Shown here one piece after another: positions 18,864 to 29,131 of a stretch of 52,866 nt of DNA. The position numbers and the translations under genes were made by a program. This DNA is from a virus (lineage: Duplodnaviria; Caudoviricetes). Below the pieces are notes generated by a model, which had not been told where the DNA came from, searched no databases, and saw nothing but the letters and a program-made list of their open reading frames with translations. Positions within the stretch are counted from its first letter, which is position 1, and every line of letters starts with the position of its first letter. The stretch is from positions 1 through 52,866 of IMG/VR virus record IMGVR_UViG_3300017971_000066; one strand, given 5' to 3'.

Positions 18864-19100
18864 TTAGGCTGCCGCTTCTTCTGTCGGCTCTTCTTTTGAG
18901 GCTGCAAGTGACGCCTGCAGCTGCGCCATGATCGCATTGCGACCGAACTGCATCTGGTCCAGATTAAACTTGGTCTGGCCCATCTTGCGGTCAAGATCCG
19001 CCACATGATTAATTAGAGTAATCTGCTCTTCACTCAGCTGATCCTGGGTGTATTCAACTTCATCAATAACGATTCTTGGGGTTTCTTCATTTTTTCCCAT
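18864..19100 (-). CDS. Small coiled-coil protein (78 aa), possible fibre chaperone
   Basis: 'IVIDEVEYTQDQLSEEQITLINHVADLDRK' pattern commonly found after phage fibre genes. Confidence 0.7.
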   Translation of the reverse strand: MGKNEETPRIVIDEVEYTQDQLSEEQITLINHVADLDRKMGQTKFNLDQMQFGRNAIMAQLQASLAASKEEPTEEAAA

Positions 19101-19117
19101 TACGTTTTCCTCTTAGG

Positions 19118-19531
19118 TTATTGCCTTATCAGGCCTTTCAAATATGTCTTGAATTGCGTGCCAGTAATCGTGCCCTGGCCCTTCAAGACGCGTACATCAT
19201 TGACCACTTCAAAAAGTGTTTGCGCCAATGCTCTTACAACACCGGCATTATCCATCATATCAGCCGCGACTGCATCGTCTTCAGCATCAATTTCTACTGG
19301 TGTTTTGTCTCTGATCTCAGTGACCAATTCAACCCTATCAGCATAGATGGTTTCTACCGGGTTTTCATAGGTTTTATTAGGCCCAGTGCTGGTGTCATTG
19401 GTGATCCTGTTATACGGCACCCAGTAAGGTTTATCGATATGCAATGAGCCTGGCGGGATAACGGCTGACGGATCAATATCCCTTCGCTTTATAACTGTTA
19501 AAAGATCTCTCGTAATAAGTGCATGTTCCAT
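19118..19531 (-). CDS. Fibre-associated hypothetical protein (137 aa)
   Basis: ORF in the operon directly after the fibre genes. Confidence 0.65.
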   Translation of the reverse strand: MEHALITRDLLTVIKRRDIDPSAVIPPGSLHIDKPYWVPYNRITNDTSTGPNKTYENPVETIYADRVELVTEIRDKTPVEIDAEDDAVAADMMDNAGVVRALAQTLFEVVNDVRVLKGQGTITGTQFKTYLKGLIRQ

Positions 19532-19533
19532 AA

Positions 19534-20232
19534 TTAACTCGCTATAAATGAGGCTACTGCAGTTGAAAAATTAGTATAGGAGGCTTGATACAGTCCATAA
19601 GGTTTTTCTGTTGCTAACTGCTGAAAGTACGCGTGGCCATGTCCATATCGCACGGTTCCAGCATCCCATTGGTATTCGACCGTCAGGTTCTGCCCCAGAA
19701 TCGGATTGGTACCTGTGTCCCATTGACAGATGGCGCTCGCAAGAACTATGCCGCCGCCAAGAACATTAACGAACCAGTTATCTGCGCCAGCTCCGCCACC
19801 ATTATCTGTATCATGTACCGATAACGTCATACCACTGGCTACCACTATCCTGTGAATAGAAATACTTGAGTCCGACATGGTATTCGCGTCATTAGAATTA
19901 ACTGCGATGGTTGCTGTTGTGCCAGCAGTTACCTTGCGGTAGTAAATAGCGGTCCAGTGATCGAATGTCGGATTGTTATATTCAACAGCTAAAGTTCCAG
20001 CCTGGCCGCCAATATCGACATTACAGCCAATGTCAGCACTACTTGAGCAGACAGTCACAACAACATAACGATCTGAATCAGCAGCGCCGATATTGCTGCC
20101 ACTATAGGTATGAGTAGTGGCAATCGTGCTGTTGTTGTAATCCGCTATATGGTCTGCTTCGAGTATGTTCGCGCCACTGAAGTTTTGCGTTCCTGAGCCG
20201 AAACCGACTAATCGATTAGTTGTTAATGCCAT
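19534..20232 (-). CDS. Fibre-tip/beta-sandwich virion protein (232 aa)
   Basis: 'IGAADSDRYVVV...TAIYYRKVTAGTTATIAV' beta-rich pattern; coupled to the fibre gene. Confidence 0.65.
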   Translation of the reverse strand: MALTTNRLVGFGSGTQNFSGANILEADHIADYNNSTIATTHTYSGSNIGAADSDRYVVVTVCSSSADIGCNVDIGGQAGTLAVEYNNPTFDHWTAIYYRKVTAGTTATIAVNSNDANTMSDSSISIHRIVVASGMTLSVHDTDNGGGAGADNWFVNVLGGGIVLASAICQWDTGTNPILGQNLTVEYQWDAGTVRYGHGHAYFQQLATEKPYGLYQASYTNFSTAVASFIAS

Positions 20233-22280
20233 TAGTCGTCCGTTGGTGCGTCAGCTGTCCAGTGTAGTTTTACACCGATAAGCCTGGCATCTTGCGTGTA
20301 GGTGTCTGCTGCGTTGGCGGCATCACGATAGACCCTGAAATTCACCAGCTCTTCAGCGCCAGGTGAGCCAGCAACCGTAAATGCCGCGCCTTCTGCCGTA
20401 ATATGGCAGTCACCAGCGGCAAGGAATGTATCTACCGTGTTGGAGGCTGTGCCCCATGCAACGTCCATTGCGTCATTATCGGCTACTGCCGTTGCCTGTA
20501 TAGCCCACCTGACATTACCCGTGCCTGCTGTAGCGCCGTCTTTCCAGATAAATTGAGGAACAATCGTTCCTTCATTCCATGATTTTGGCATCTGGATAGC
20601 AAATTGCACCCTTTCAGCAAGGGAGGCATCGAAATCAAAACCGAAGACCTGCACATCATTGGTCGCCAATTCCTCACTGACTGCTGACGCCCCACTGGTA
20701 GTGCTTGGATACATGGCCGACGCAGGCATATAGATCGTGTGCTGCCCATCAATCGCATTGGCAATCTCATTCATCACGAACAAACGATTAGGAATATCGT
20801 CGTCAGCCGTTACCAGGGTTTCGTAGTTGGTTACACCAGCGACATTCAGCGTACCGTTAGCCTCGATCTGGAAACTGCTGGTAATGCGCGAACCTGTTGG
20901 ACCGCAGTCAAAAGTAATCGTGCCTGCGCTGTTATCCCACTCAAGAATATCGCCAGCCAGACCCCGTAGAATCAAGTCACCTGCGTTAGAGGCATTGTTG
21001 TCTGGAAAAATTGAAAGATAAGCCCCACCGAACGGATAGCCCAGCCTGATTTGGCCTTCGTCGTTATTGCCTGAAATGTAAAATACTTCAGCTACACCGG
21101 AAGTGTTGTTACTTAGCTCAAGTCTATTTGCCTGCAACTTCATCTGCTGGAATTTAGTTGTAAGGCCACCAGCATTCCATGCATGGGAACCACTTGAGCT
21201 GTTGGTGTAGGAATAGATGCCGTATGTGCCTATATCCATGGTAAGCAAGTTATCTTCAAGCTCAATATTGGCACCCCAGCCTGGGATATATCCTCCATTA
21301 ATGTGCAGGCCACCGGTGACAGGATTTCCTGTGAAGCCCCTGCTGATGGTGAATGTGGTTGTCAAATCATTACCGCAAATAATCTTATTGCTGGTTACTG
21401 TCACTTCAGTGGGTTTGGAGCTGCCTGTTCCTGATTTCAGCGTGAGCGTGCCACCTGATTCATCCCATTGCATCCAGGTTTCAGTGCCTGCTCTGAATAA
21501 CGTATCTCCACCATCCGTATCAGTAGAACCCCGCAGGATAATGTTGCTACCATCATCAGAACCATTACCCCCACCAATTATAAGTGACGCCGCAGTATCA
21601 GGCTTTAATATGGCATAGTCAGCAGCTGTCGTGCCGACATAGGTGAATGTATCATTAATTTTTATCCGTTCAGATGTGGCGTCATCGTTGATGCCGCGTG
21701 AAGTGAATGTGCCTACTTCTACTGATACATTCCCGGCGAAGGTAGCCAACTGACCAGCGCCCAGCGTTAATGCATTGGTGGTGCCGCCAGTGCGGAATTG
21801 AATGGAGCCATCGCTTTCCATTGCCAGGGTATCGTTGGCGCCTGACAAGAAACCGATACGACCTACGTTTGTATTCGTGTTTCCTTCTTCAAACTCGATA
21901 AAGCCGTTGAAATCTGTGGCGTTGGTCGCGTTGCTGTCGATGATGGTAAAAATCGGCGCAAGAGCTGTCTGGGTAAGAGCGCCACCTATAATTGCGCTAT
22001 CGTTGGCAAGCGTGAGTACCGGACCTACTGTCGCATTGTCATCGATGCCGACCGACGTAAATAGCCCGGTTACAGTCAGATTAGTGATATTCAGATCTGT
22101 TGCGCTGAGAGTAGCGGACTTCGCCTCTAAAGCTGTTCCAGCAGCATTAACCGTGATGATCTTGTTCGCGTTTCCTGTCAGTGTCGGCAGCTTGTCGAAA
22201 CCGTCCTCAATGGACTCGACATCTGAAGCAGTCCAGAATTCTCCGTCTACCTTGGTATTATCGTAATATTCGTTCGCCAT
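20232..22280 (-). CDS. Tail fibre protein (682 aa)
   Basis: Follows the nozzle gene; N-terminal 'SIEDGFDKLP...IITVNAAGTALE' anchor; shares modules with the 1145-aa fibre. Confidence 0.8.
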   Translation of the reverse strand: MANEYYDNTKVDGEFWTASDVESIEDGFDKLPTLTGNANKIITVNAAGTALEAKSATLSATDLNITNLTVTGLFTSVGIDDNATVGPVLTLANDSAIIGGALTQTALAPIFTIIDSNATNATDFNGFIEFEEGNTNTNVGRIGFLSGANDTLAMESDGSIQFRTGGTTNALTLGAGQLATFAGNVSVEVGTFTSRGINDDATSERIKINDTFTYVGTTAADYAILKPDTAASLIIGGGNGSDDGSNIILRGSTDTDGGDTLFRAGTETWMQWDESGGTLTLKSGTGSSKPTEVTVTSNKIICGNDLTTTFTISRGFTGNPVTGGLHINGGYIPGWGANIELEDNLLTMDIGTYGIYSYTNSSSGSHAWNAGGLTTKFQQMKLQANRLELSNNTSGVAEVFYISGNNDEGQIRLGYPFGGAYLSIFPDNNASNAGDLILRGLAGDILEWDNSAGTITFDCGPTGSRITSSFQIEANGTLNVAGVTNYETLVTADDDIPNRLFVMNEIANAIDGQHTIYMPASAMYPSTTSGASAVSEELATNDVQVFGFDFDASLAERVQFAIQMPKSWNEGTIVPQFIWKDGATAGTGNVRWAIQATAVADNDAMDVAWGTASNTVDTFLAAGDCHITAEGAAFTVAGSPGAEELVNFRVYRDAANAADTYTQDARLIGVKLHWTADAPTDD

Positions 22281-23767
22281 TAGCGCCTGCCTCTGCCTTC
22301 TAAATAGTCATAAGTGATGCCGTCGATCTCCCAGCCTATGTTCTGATCGTCGGAACTAAAAATCATCGCAATATAAGCGCCATGTCCGGGTATATCCAGC
22401 TGGCCCTCCGTTATTAATGTGCTGCCAAGTACCAGGCTGCCAAGCGCCCCAGATCCCAATGCCCCGCCGCCAGCTCTGGTAACAATCGATTTGTACGCAA
22501 TCTGCGGAACAATGCCGGCCTGCTCTACCTCAAAATCAGGTTTCACAAACAAAGAACCTGTCGCAACACCAACAGCTGGCATTTCAAAAATAGCACGGCG
22601 AAAACGCTTTCTTTTGCGCGGACTATCAATGAACGTGTACTGGGTGTACATGAGTGTGACGATATTGGCGCCATCAAAACTGGTGGCGGTATCCATTTCG
22701 TAGATATAGCCGTCAGTCGATCCCCAGTAGATAGCCTCGTCACCATTGCTATCTTCGGTTGATACAACGCATTTCACTTCCAATGGGAATTCAAACGTCG
22801 TAATACCGGCCAGAGTGTCACCCTGAAAGGTAAAGCTCATGCCGGTTGAGTCATTGAAGAACAATCTGTACTGCGATTTATTGCGCACAATGCACGATGC
22901 ATTCACCAGATTTTTTTTCGGTAACAACCAGTCATTAATATTGACCGAGATCATGGCATCCTGAAAATCGCCGAAACGATCTGACGCACCCAGCTCTGTT
23001 ACACCACGATCATCAAAGTATCTGACCCGTGCACCAAGCTGCTGCAGCGACCATTCGATTGCGCCGATCCGGTTACCGTGTTCAGACAGGTTGGACATGT
23101 TGAAGTCAGTGGCGGAAGAGCCTGACAGTAGGTTGGTTGAATTGCGTCCGAAAATGCCTAAAACACCACCGGCCATCTGCATAAACCCGGTAACGCCGTC
23201 TTCTATGCGAATTTCATTAGCACCACCAACGCCGGTATAAGCCGTCGGCACACCCAGATCTGAGTTGACTACGCTCTGATCATAGCTCAGAAACAGGTAA
23301 TTTTTGTGCGCAATAATGTGCTGCGGGGTATCAGTCGCCCAGCCAACAGTGATATCGGTCCATGTTGTGCCGTCCCATTGGAATGCCTTATGAGTACCGG
23401 AAACGCCGTACATCATCTTGGACGTACCAAAGTTGTAGTTCACAAATTCATAACGACCACCGGGGCTTAACCCGGTCTTCTTGGCTGTCCAGCCGGTTCC
23501 GGTTGATTCATGCATGGCAGCAGTTGCGCCGCCAACAGCATTACGGAATGCGTAGACCTTTCCGTCGTAAAACCATACACCGAGTATTGAGCCTTCGCCT
23601 GGCACAATGTTCGTGTCGTATTTTATATAACCATCCACACGGCGATAGCCACCAGTGATCTTCTGCTCGACATTCTTGGCAATCAGTAGCCTGCCTGGAT
23701 CCGACTGCAGCAGCGGCGTCTTGAGATCCAGACCGCCGCCCATTGCGAAGTATTTACTCTGCTTCAT
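22280..23767 (-). CDS. Tail nozzle / tail tubular B-like protein (495 aa)
   Basis: 'GGLDL..P', beta-propeller-like repeats and C-terminal 'PRKRKRFRR'; position after the adaptor. Confidence 0.75.
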   Translation of the reverse strand: MKQSKYFAMGGGLDLKTPLLQSDPGRLLIAKNVEQKITGGYRRVDGYIKYDTNIVPGEGSILGVWFYDGKVYAFRNAVGGATAAMHESTGTGWTAKKTGLSPGGRYEFVNYNFGTSKMMYGVSGTHKAFQWDGTTWTDITVGWATDTPQHIIAHKNYLFLSYDQSVVNSDLGVPTAYTGVGGANEIRIEDGVTGFMQMAGGVLGIFGRNSTNLLSGSSATDFNMSNLSEHGNRIGAIEWSLQQLGARVRYFDDRGVTELGASDRFGDFQDAMISVNINDWLLPKKNLVNASCIVRNKSQYRLFFNDSTGMSFTFQGDTLAGITTFEFPLEVKCVVSTEDSNGDEAIYWGSTDGYIYEMDTATSFDGANIVTLMYTQYTFIDSPRKRKRFRRAIFEMPAVGVATGSLFVKPDFEVEQAGIVPQIAYKSIVTRAGGGALGSGALGSLVLGSTLITEGQLDIPGHGAYIAMIFSSDDQNIGWEIDGITYDYLEGRGRR

Positions 23768-24435
23768 GCTAAAGGTTTGTGCGCCAGTTTGGTTTTAATG
23801 AGTAGGTTTTTCTTCATTTCGTCGTAGAATTTCACCCAGCGCTGCGAGCCCAGCTGCGCAAGCTCCGGCGCATACTCATAACCGGCATAGGTCATCATCG
23901 CGTAAAACACGATGGCCATGTGATATTCCTCCGGCATAGCTGGCTCGTCATCATTAGCTGCCAGAATAACTGGTGGGGTGCATCCCTCAATATCTATCTG
24001 GTAAATGTCATTGGGGTTCGGCCAAATACGCATCTGCGTGTTGGGGAGAATAGTGAAATACTCCGGCACGTCCTGCTTCGTCTGGTCTTCTTTGAAGTAA
24101 CGCTCTTTCCAGACCGCGTATTCCATGTATCTGAGCATGCGCATGGAGGTGCGGCCGGCAGCCACATTATGGGAATAGACTTTCTGCTTGGAGAGTTTTT
24201 TGATGTTTTGATTGGTGAAGATATCGTAGTCCATGGTACCGGCAACGGTATTGAAATTATCTTCTTTCCACATGAACCGCCAGTAACCTGGGGTGTTCTG
24301 AATCTCGGTCCACGCATCCCTGATCCAGTCTACTAGGCGCTCGTAATCGCCGGTCTGATCAATAACACTAGACGGACCAATGCCGGATACGCCGCAATGA
24401 AAACGCAGCTTTTTTGTCAGCTCAAGAAATGTCAT
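23764..24435 (-). CDS. Head-tail adaptor protein (223 aa)
   Basis: MTFLEL start, 'VPEYF...IWPNP' and 'PEEYHMAIV' adaptor motifs. Confidence 0.8.
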   Translation of the reverse strand: MTFLELTKKLRFHCGVSGIGPSSVIDQTGDYERLVDWIRDAWTEIQNTPGYWRFMWKEDNFNTVAGTMDYDIFTNQNIKKLSKQKVYSHNVAAGRTSMRMLRYMEYAVWKERYFKEDQTKQDVPEYFTILPNTQMRIWPNPNDIYQIDIEGCTPPVILAANDDEPAMPEEYHMAIVFYAMMTYAGYEYAPELAQLGSQRWVKFYDEMKKNLLIKTKLAHKPLA

Positions 24436-24658
24436 TCAGTATGTCCAATGCTTGTTGTTTGCTCTCGTATCTGTGACCAAGGCGCCTGACTTCAGCGCGC
24501 AGCTGCTTGGATGTCCAAGTGCTGTAATCAGGTTTTGGTGGCGCTTTTTTTTCTAACTCTTCCAGATCCACTACTTTCAAGTGCGGATTGGCTGCGGCGT
24601 ATTCATCGCTGTATGCGAACCGACGACCACCCGGTTTTACTTCAATATATTTTGTCAT
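24422..24658 (-). CDS. Small protein with Rho-N/HeH-like C-terminus (78 aa)
   Basis: 'DYSTWTSKQLRAEVRRLG...SKQQALDIL'; common position after capsid genes. Confidence 0.6.
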   Translation of the reverse strand: MTKYIEVKPGGRRFAYSDEYAAANPHLKVVDLEELEKKAPPKPDYSTWTSKQLRAEVRRLGHRYESKQQALDILNDIS

Positions 24659-24690
24659 TGGGTAATGCCCTCAATAAAGACCCTACCCAA

Positions 24691-24715
24691 TAACAAACCA
24701 GCCCCGAAGGGCTGG
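24691..24715 (-). terminator. Intrinsic terminator after the major capsid gene
   Basis: Minus strand CCAGCCC-TTCG-GGGCTGG-TTTGTTA. Confidence 0.8.
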
Positions 24716-24729
24716 AATGTCATTGGGGA

Positions 24730-25716
24730 TTACAGGTAAACGCAACCCTCGGTAATGCCTTCGCCTTTAACGATCTTAGAGCCGAAGACCTGTAGGCCAC
24801 GGATCAGAGCACCGAAAGTATCAGGGTTCGGCAAAGTTTCATTCTCAACGATCTGAGAAGCGAATGCCAGGCAAGAAGGATGGCCAGCGTAGACCATTGT
24901 TGCGTTGGCAGCTGCTTCGTCAGTTTGAGTGGCGGCTGGGAGATTGTTGCTCACATACAGCGTGAAACGATCAATCATGCCCAGACGACCATTACGAAGA
25001 ACAGACTTCGCGTCGCCCATGATGGACGCATCTTTGATGTCAGAAGACTTCAGGATACGAGCCATCCAGGCTGGGATTACCATCCAGCGACCAGTCTCTG
25101 GCACGTTCTGCTCATCAAGAGCCTGACCGTGTTTCAAGATGTAGTCGATCACAGTAGTAGCTGAGAGCTGAACTGCTTGGTTACCCGCAGTTGCACTGTC
25201 AGTACCCAGGTCCAGATTGCCAGAGACAGCACCGGCAGTGGCGCCTTTGTTTTCCGCCACGATATCGGCAGATCCTTTCAGATCAGACAATACAGTACCG
25301 TCAACCTGCACCTTCAGGGACTCGGAAGAGGCTTCCGCAAACTTGTCCATCAACGGCAGATCAGACTGGTATTTATCAACAGAGTCGATAGCCAGTGAGA
25401 ATGATTTACCTTTGTTGATGTTCAGCTCTACTTTGGTAGAAGTAGGAACCTGATAGGTCAGTGGCGCACCAACAGTGTAGTCACTGATAGTGATGTCTGG
25501 GACAACACGAATCTGGACGGTATCACCGTAGTTGCTAATTTCGCCTTCATACTCGGTGGAGGCGATTTCACCGAAAACAGTCGCTTTATAGAACTGTTCA
25601 ACCATTTTTCCAGACCATACGTCTGGGACGAAACCTACCGTACCGCCGGAGTGGTAATTCGCTGGGTAGGCGCCGCCTGAGATCCAGTCAGCACTGGAAC
25701 GTGTCAAACCTGCCAT
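24730..25716 (-). CDS. Major capsid protein (328 aa)
   Basis: FVPDVWSGK, YEGEI..GDTV, LDEQNVPETGRW and 'RGLQVFG' motifs; lies between the scaffold and a terminator. Confidence 0.92.
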   Translation of the reverse strand: MAGLTRSSADWISGGAYPANYHSGGTVGFVPDVWSGKMVEQFYKATVFGEIASTEYEGEISNYGDTVQIRVVPDITISDYTVGAPLTYQVPTSTKVELNINKGKSFSLAIDSVDKYQSDLPLMDKFAEASSESLKVQVDGTVLSDLKGSADIVAENKGATAGAVSGNLDLGTDSATAGNQAVQLSATTVIDYILKHGQALDEQNVPETGRWMVIPAWMARILKSSDIKDASIMGDAKSVLRNGRLGMIDRFTLYVSNNLPAATQTDEAAANATMVYAGHPSCLAFASQIVENETLPNPDTFGALIRGLQVFGSKIVKGEGITEGCVYL

Positions 25717-25753
25717 TTTAGAATCCTCTTAGTCATGGCGCGGCCCGACAAGG

Positions 25754-26632
25754 TTATCGAATTCGACCTTGTTTTTGAGCCGCAAAGATATCTTGCTCAA
25801 GACGTTTGGCCTCGTTCGGTTCGATCATTCCCAACCCTTTGCGCTTATAGAACTCTTTAATCTCCGGACCGGTCCAGATTTTACCCTGGGGCTGGCCGCC
25901 TGTTTCCATATTCGCGCCGGGATTCGGCGTGATCATCTGCTCACGGGGATCCACGTCCACTTGTCTTTGGTCTTGCCATTCACTGTAGATATCTGCAACA
26001 CGACGGACATCACCCATCTGCTTGGCTCGTATGGCCAAATCGCGTCTAGGTCTGCCTGATAATTCGTCTAGTCCACTTAACCAATGTCGGAAATCGGCAT
26101 TTCTGTCGATTTGCTCGCAGTCAGGGATCAGCTGCTTGAGTTTTTCCTTGAAGGACACCTCAGTTTGCTGCTGCTCCTTGCCTTGGCGAAGATCTCTTTC
26201 ATGCTTCAGCTGCGCCTTGGTTTGTTCCAATTCCGCTTCTGTGTCTGAAAGTTTCTGCTGGATAGGCTGTACCTTGGCGTCCATCATCTTACTGAATACG
26301 CTCGCGGTTTCCTCGTCGACCAGCTCTAGGTCTTCCCTCGAAAGTTCAAATGGTTTCTGCTCTGGTGCCTGCTTCAGTTGCTCTTCAAGACTGGAAATCC
26401 GATTTAACATGGACCTGTTATCGCCTTCGACTGCCGCCAGGTTTTGCCTGAGCTGATATATCGTGCTGTCAGCATGCTGCTTGTAAGATGAATAGCGATC
26501 CTTCCAGTTGTCAGGGGCTATCTTCTCACGCGATTCTGCTGGGGGAGCGGACTCGTCCGGTTTCCCGTATGCTTCTTTGTGGGCCTCATTGGCCCTCTTT
26601 GCATTTTTTACTACTTGTTCTGGCAATGCCAT
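25754..26632 (-). CDS. Scaffolding protein (292 aa)
   Basis: Coiled-coil, charged; ends EQDIFAAQKQGRIR; immediately upstream of the capsid gene; GAGG RBS before ATG 26632. Confidence 0.8.
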   Translation of the reverse strand: MALPEQVVKNAKRANEAHKEAYGKPDESAPPAESREKIAPDNWKDRYSSYKQHADSTIYQLRQNLAAVEGDNRSMLNRISSLEEQLKQAPEQKPFELSREDLELVDEETASVFSKMMDAKVQPIQQKLSDTEAELEQTKAQLKHERDLRQGKEQQQTEVSFKEKLKQLIPDCEQIDRNADFRHWLSGLDELSGRPRRDLAIRAKQMGDVRRVADIYSEWQDQRQVDVDPREQMITPNPGANMETGGQPQGKIWTGPEIKEFYKRKGLGMIEPNEAKRLEQDIFAAQKQGRIR

Positions 26633-26735
26633 ATTGTCACCTCTTTTGAGCCAGATTTCTGTGGGGCTTACGCGGTCCACTACTGGGATTCATGAAGTTA
26701 AAAGTTTGTCCTTTCGGACGGTTAATGGAAGAGAG

Positions 26736-26969
26736 CTACTGCTGATTCTTCCGAATTCTGGTTAATACCTCGTCCACGCTGTCGAACATGGCAAGCTGGT
26801 CCGCTATGAACTTCGCTTTGCCCTGGCCTCGGCTTAATTGGACGCCATCAATTATTCTGTTTTTCTTATCCTGTTCCGCCAGCTCCGCTTCCAGATGCTC
26901 CCGGTACTTCAGGAAGTCTGTAGACATGGAGAGCTTCTTCAGGCTCAGGTACAGATCGTTACTGGCCAT
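26736..26969 (-). CDS. Small head-assembly protein (77 aa)
   Basis: 'RGQGKA' motif; position between portal and scaffold. Confidence 0.65.
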   Translation of the reverse strand: MASNDLYLSLKKLSMSTDFLKYREHLEAELAEQDKKNRIIDGVQLSRGQGKAKFIADQLAMFDSVDEVLTRIRKNQQ

Positions 26970-29131
26970 TAAATGCCAGACCCGAACTGGGCTTTAATCT
27001 GTGCCTCATCCGCAATGACCTGACGCTTGTTCTGTGCTGCCAGGATCGCCTGCTGGTATTTCGCCTGCGCATCATGTACGGCTGATTCATATTCCAGTCG
27101 CAGCTTGTCGCGTTCGCGCTGGTCATCGACCTTGGCCAGCATGATCTTGAGCTGGCGTTCACGCTCGCGGTCCTGCATTTCCATCTTCTGGTCTTCCAGT
27201 CGTGACTGCATGCGGATCTTCTCTTTTTCAACAGCAGGATCCTGCTGCTGTCCCTGCTGGGCTGCCTGCTGCTGTTTCTGCTGCAGCTCTTCAAAAGTGG
27301 GCACGCGTACATCCATGTCCAGATCATTAACAACCTGGCGGAGTAGATCTGTGCGGCCTTCCAGCCCAAGAATCTGCATATCAACCGGGTTATTGGTCAG
27401 CTGCATGAACTCATTGCGGCGGGCCTGATTCGCGGCTTTGGCAATCATCGCGGAAGATCCACGGGCCACAACAGCAATATCGCCTTTGATGTCTTCATCA
27501 GGCTCGTACAGCATGTTCCAATGGAACTGGCGCAGAATACGCTTCTCGATCACGCCTTCATCCACATGACGGACCGCTTCTTTAATCGTCTTGGCGGCAT
27601 TCTCGGACATGATGGCAATACCCATCGCTGTCTGGGCACCCTGCGGCATACGCTGATCAATGCCATAGGACATCTTCGATACACCGGTGACGTCGGCAGC
27701 CTGCTCCCAGAAGTGAGTCAGCACCCCTAAAAGCTCCTGCGCATTGGAATCTGGCTGGAAGAACTGAATCGGTGACTGTGTGTTGCCGTTCGGGTCACTG
27801 GTCATCTGCCAGTTTTTCCACGGATACAGCGCCTCGATCTCTTCACCTTCCGGCAGCCGGTCAATCAGGGTAATGATCTGCGGACCAGATGAAATGCCCA
27901 TGTTGTTGGACAGGGCGCGGGCCGAAGCATTGGCCATACGCTGGTGACCACGCAGTAATTGCGGGATCGCTATGCCCCAGAAGTGACCTGGGCGGTTGCG
28001 GTAGCTCGCTTTGTAGTACGGACGGCGGTCCAGCGGATCACTGTTGATGCATGCCTTGATCACATGACGACCAATCAGGATGGCCTCGATCTGGTATTCC
28101 GCCAGAGGATCTTCGATCTGCTCGACCGGGATTCCCCATTCCATCAGCTCAGTACCCTGCGCAGAACCCCAGTAATGCAGCGCCTCGATCAACCCATCTT
28201 TGTCGGCAAACCAGTCGTCTTGCTCCTTCTCGAACAATCCCCACTCTTTGTAGCCTTGGTCATACTCCATCAGCACCTGACGGATCTTGTCTTCACGGTA
28301 ACCCGGTACAGATATCAGCCCGTAGATCTCGGACCGTGGCAGGCGCTTTCTGATAATCAGGTTGCCTTCATCGATCTCAATCTGTTCGGGACTTGGAAAT
28401 ACATCATACGGAGACACGCGGCGATCAATCTCGCACACAGTCTGTTTCATGACCGGTTTACCGCGCTGCCACTTCAGCTTGGACTTGCGCTGGTAGGATG
28501 TTTCGATAAATGCCGTCGGGTATGTGGTGAAATCGTCGATAAAATCCTCGAAAGCACCAGACCACTCAGAATCAACCAGCTGGTCCTCGATCTTCCTTTC
28601 CATCTTGTCGGACGCTTTAGCGACCATTTTGGCGATCTCGGACTTCTCCTTCTCCGCCAATTCATCAATGCGGGCCATCATCTGCGGCATCTGCGGCTTA
28701 ATACCCTGCTGCTGGGCCTGCTGAACCTCCTGATAGAACTGCCGCTTGATATTCTCAAGTGCCTTCTCATCGATCTCTGGTTCTGGTGTCGGATCCAAAG
28801 ACCACGGCTTATCACCGGCTGGCATCAGGATATCAGTCAGCCAGGCGGACGCTGCGACACACTGCATCTGCGTTAATGGCAGGTAGATATCAGAGCCACC
28901 CATCCGCTTGATCTCAGCCTGAACGTCCGGATCATACTGGTTATTGCGGGATCTCTGGCATTCCTGCAGAACACCTTCGATCTTGGACTTGTGCGACTTG
29001 TTAACCTCCCACTGGCGGCGAATGCGGGAAGACAGATTGTCGGTGAACATCTCGATAACGCGCTTCTGCTCTTCTTCTGCAGCGGCGTTCTCTTGTTCCA
29101 CCATCTCGGCGTTTGAGACAACTCTAAGCAT
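26969..29131 (-). CDS. Portal protein (720 aa)
   Basis: Follows the terminase; 'PWSLDPTPEP', 'FWGIAIP', 'TAMGIAIM' and a long C-terminal coiled coil. Confidence 0.9.
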   Translation of the reverse strand: MLRVVSNAEMVEQENAAAEEEQKRVIEMFTDNLSSRIRRQWEVNKSHKSKIEGVLQECQRSRNNQYDPDVQAEIKRMGGSDIYLPLTQMQCVAASAWLTDILMPAGDKPWSLDPTPEPEIDEKALENIKRQFYQEVQQAQQQGIKPQMPQMMARIDELAEKEKSEIAKMVAKASDKMERKIEDQLVDSEWSGAFEDFIDDFTTYPTAFIETSYQRKSKLKWQRGKPVMKQTVCEIDRRVSPYDVFPSPEQIEIDEGNLIIRKRLPRSEIYGLISVPGYREDKIRQVLMEYDQGYKEWGLFEKEQDDWFADKDGLIEALHYWGSAQGTELMEWGIPVEQIEDPLAEYQIEAILIGRHVIKACINSDPLDRRPYYKASYRNRPGHFWGIAIPQLLRGHQRMANASARALSNNMGISSGPQIITLIDRLPEGEEIEALYPWKNWQMTSDPNGNTQSPIQFFQPDSNAQELLGVLTHFWEQAADVTGVSKMSYGIDQRMPQGAQTAMGIAIMSENAAKTIKEAVRHVDEGVIEKRILRQFHWNMLYEPDEDIKGDIAVVARGSSAMIAKAANQARRNEFMQLTNNPVDMQILGLEGRTDLLRQVVNDLDMDVRVPTFEELQQKQQQAAQQGQQQDPAVEKEKIRMQSRLEDQKMEMQDRERERQLKIMLAKVDDQRERDKLRLEYESAVHDAQAKYQQAILAAQNKRQVIADEAQIKAQFGSGI

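Noticed and set aside
27959-28876. 305-aa plus-strand ORF and similar long antisense ORFs (e.g. 12756-13547, 10121-10738, 31265-31951)
   Set aside because: They are shadows of well-supported opposite-strand genes, with no recognisable motifs.
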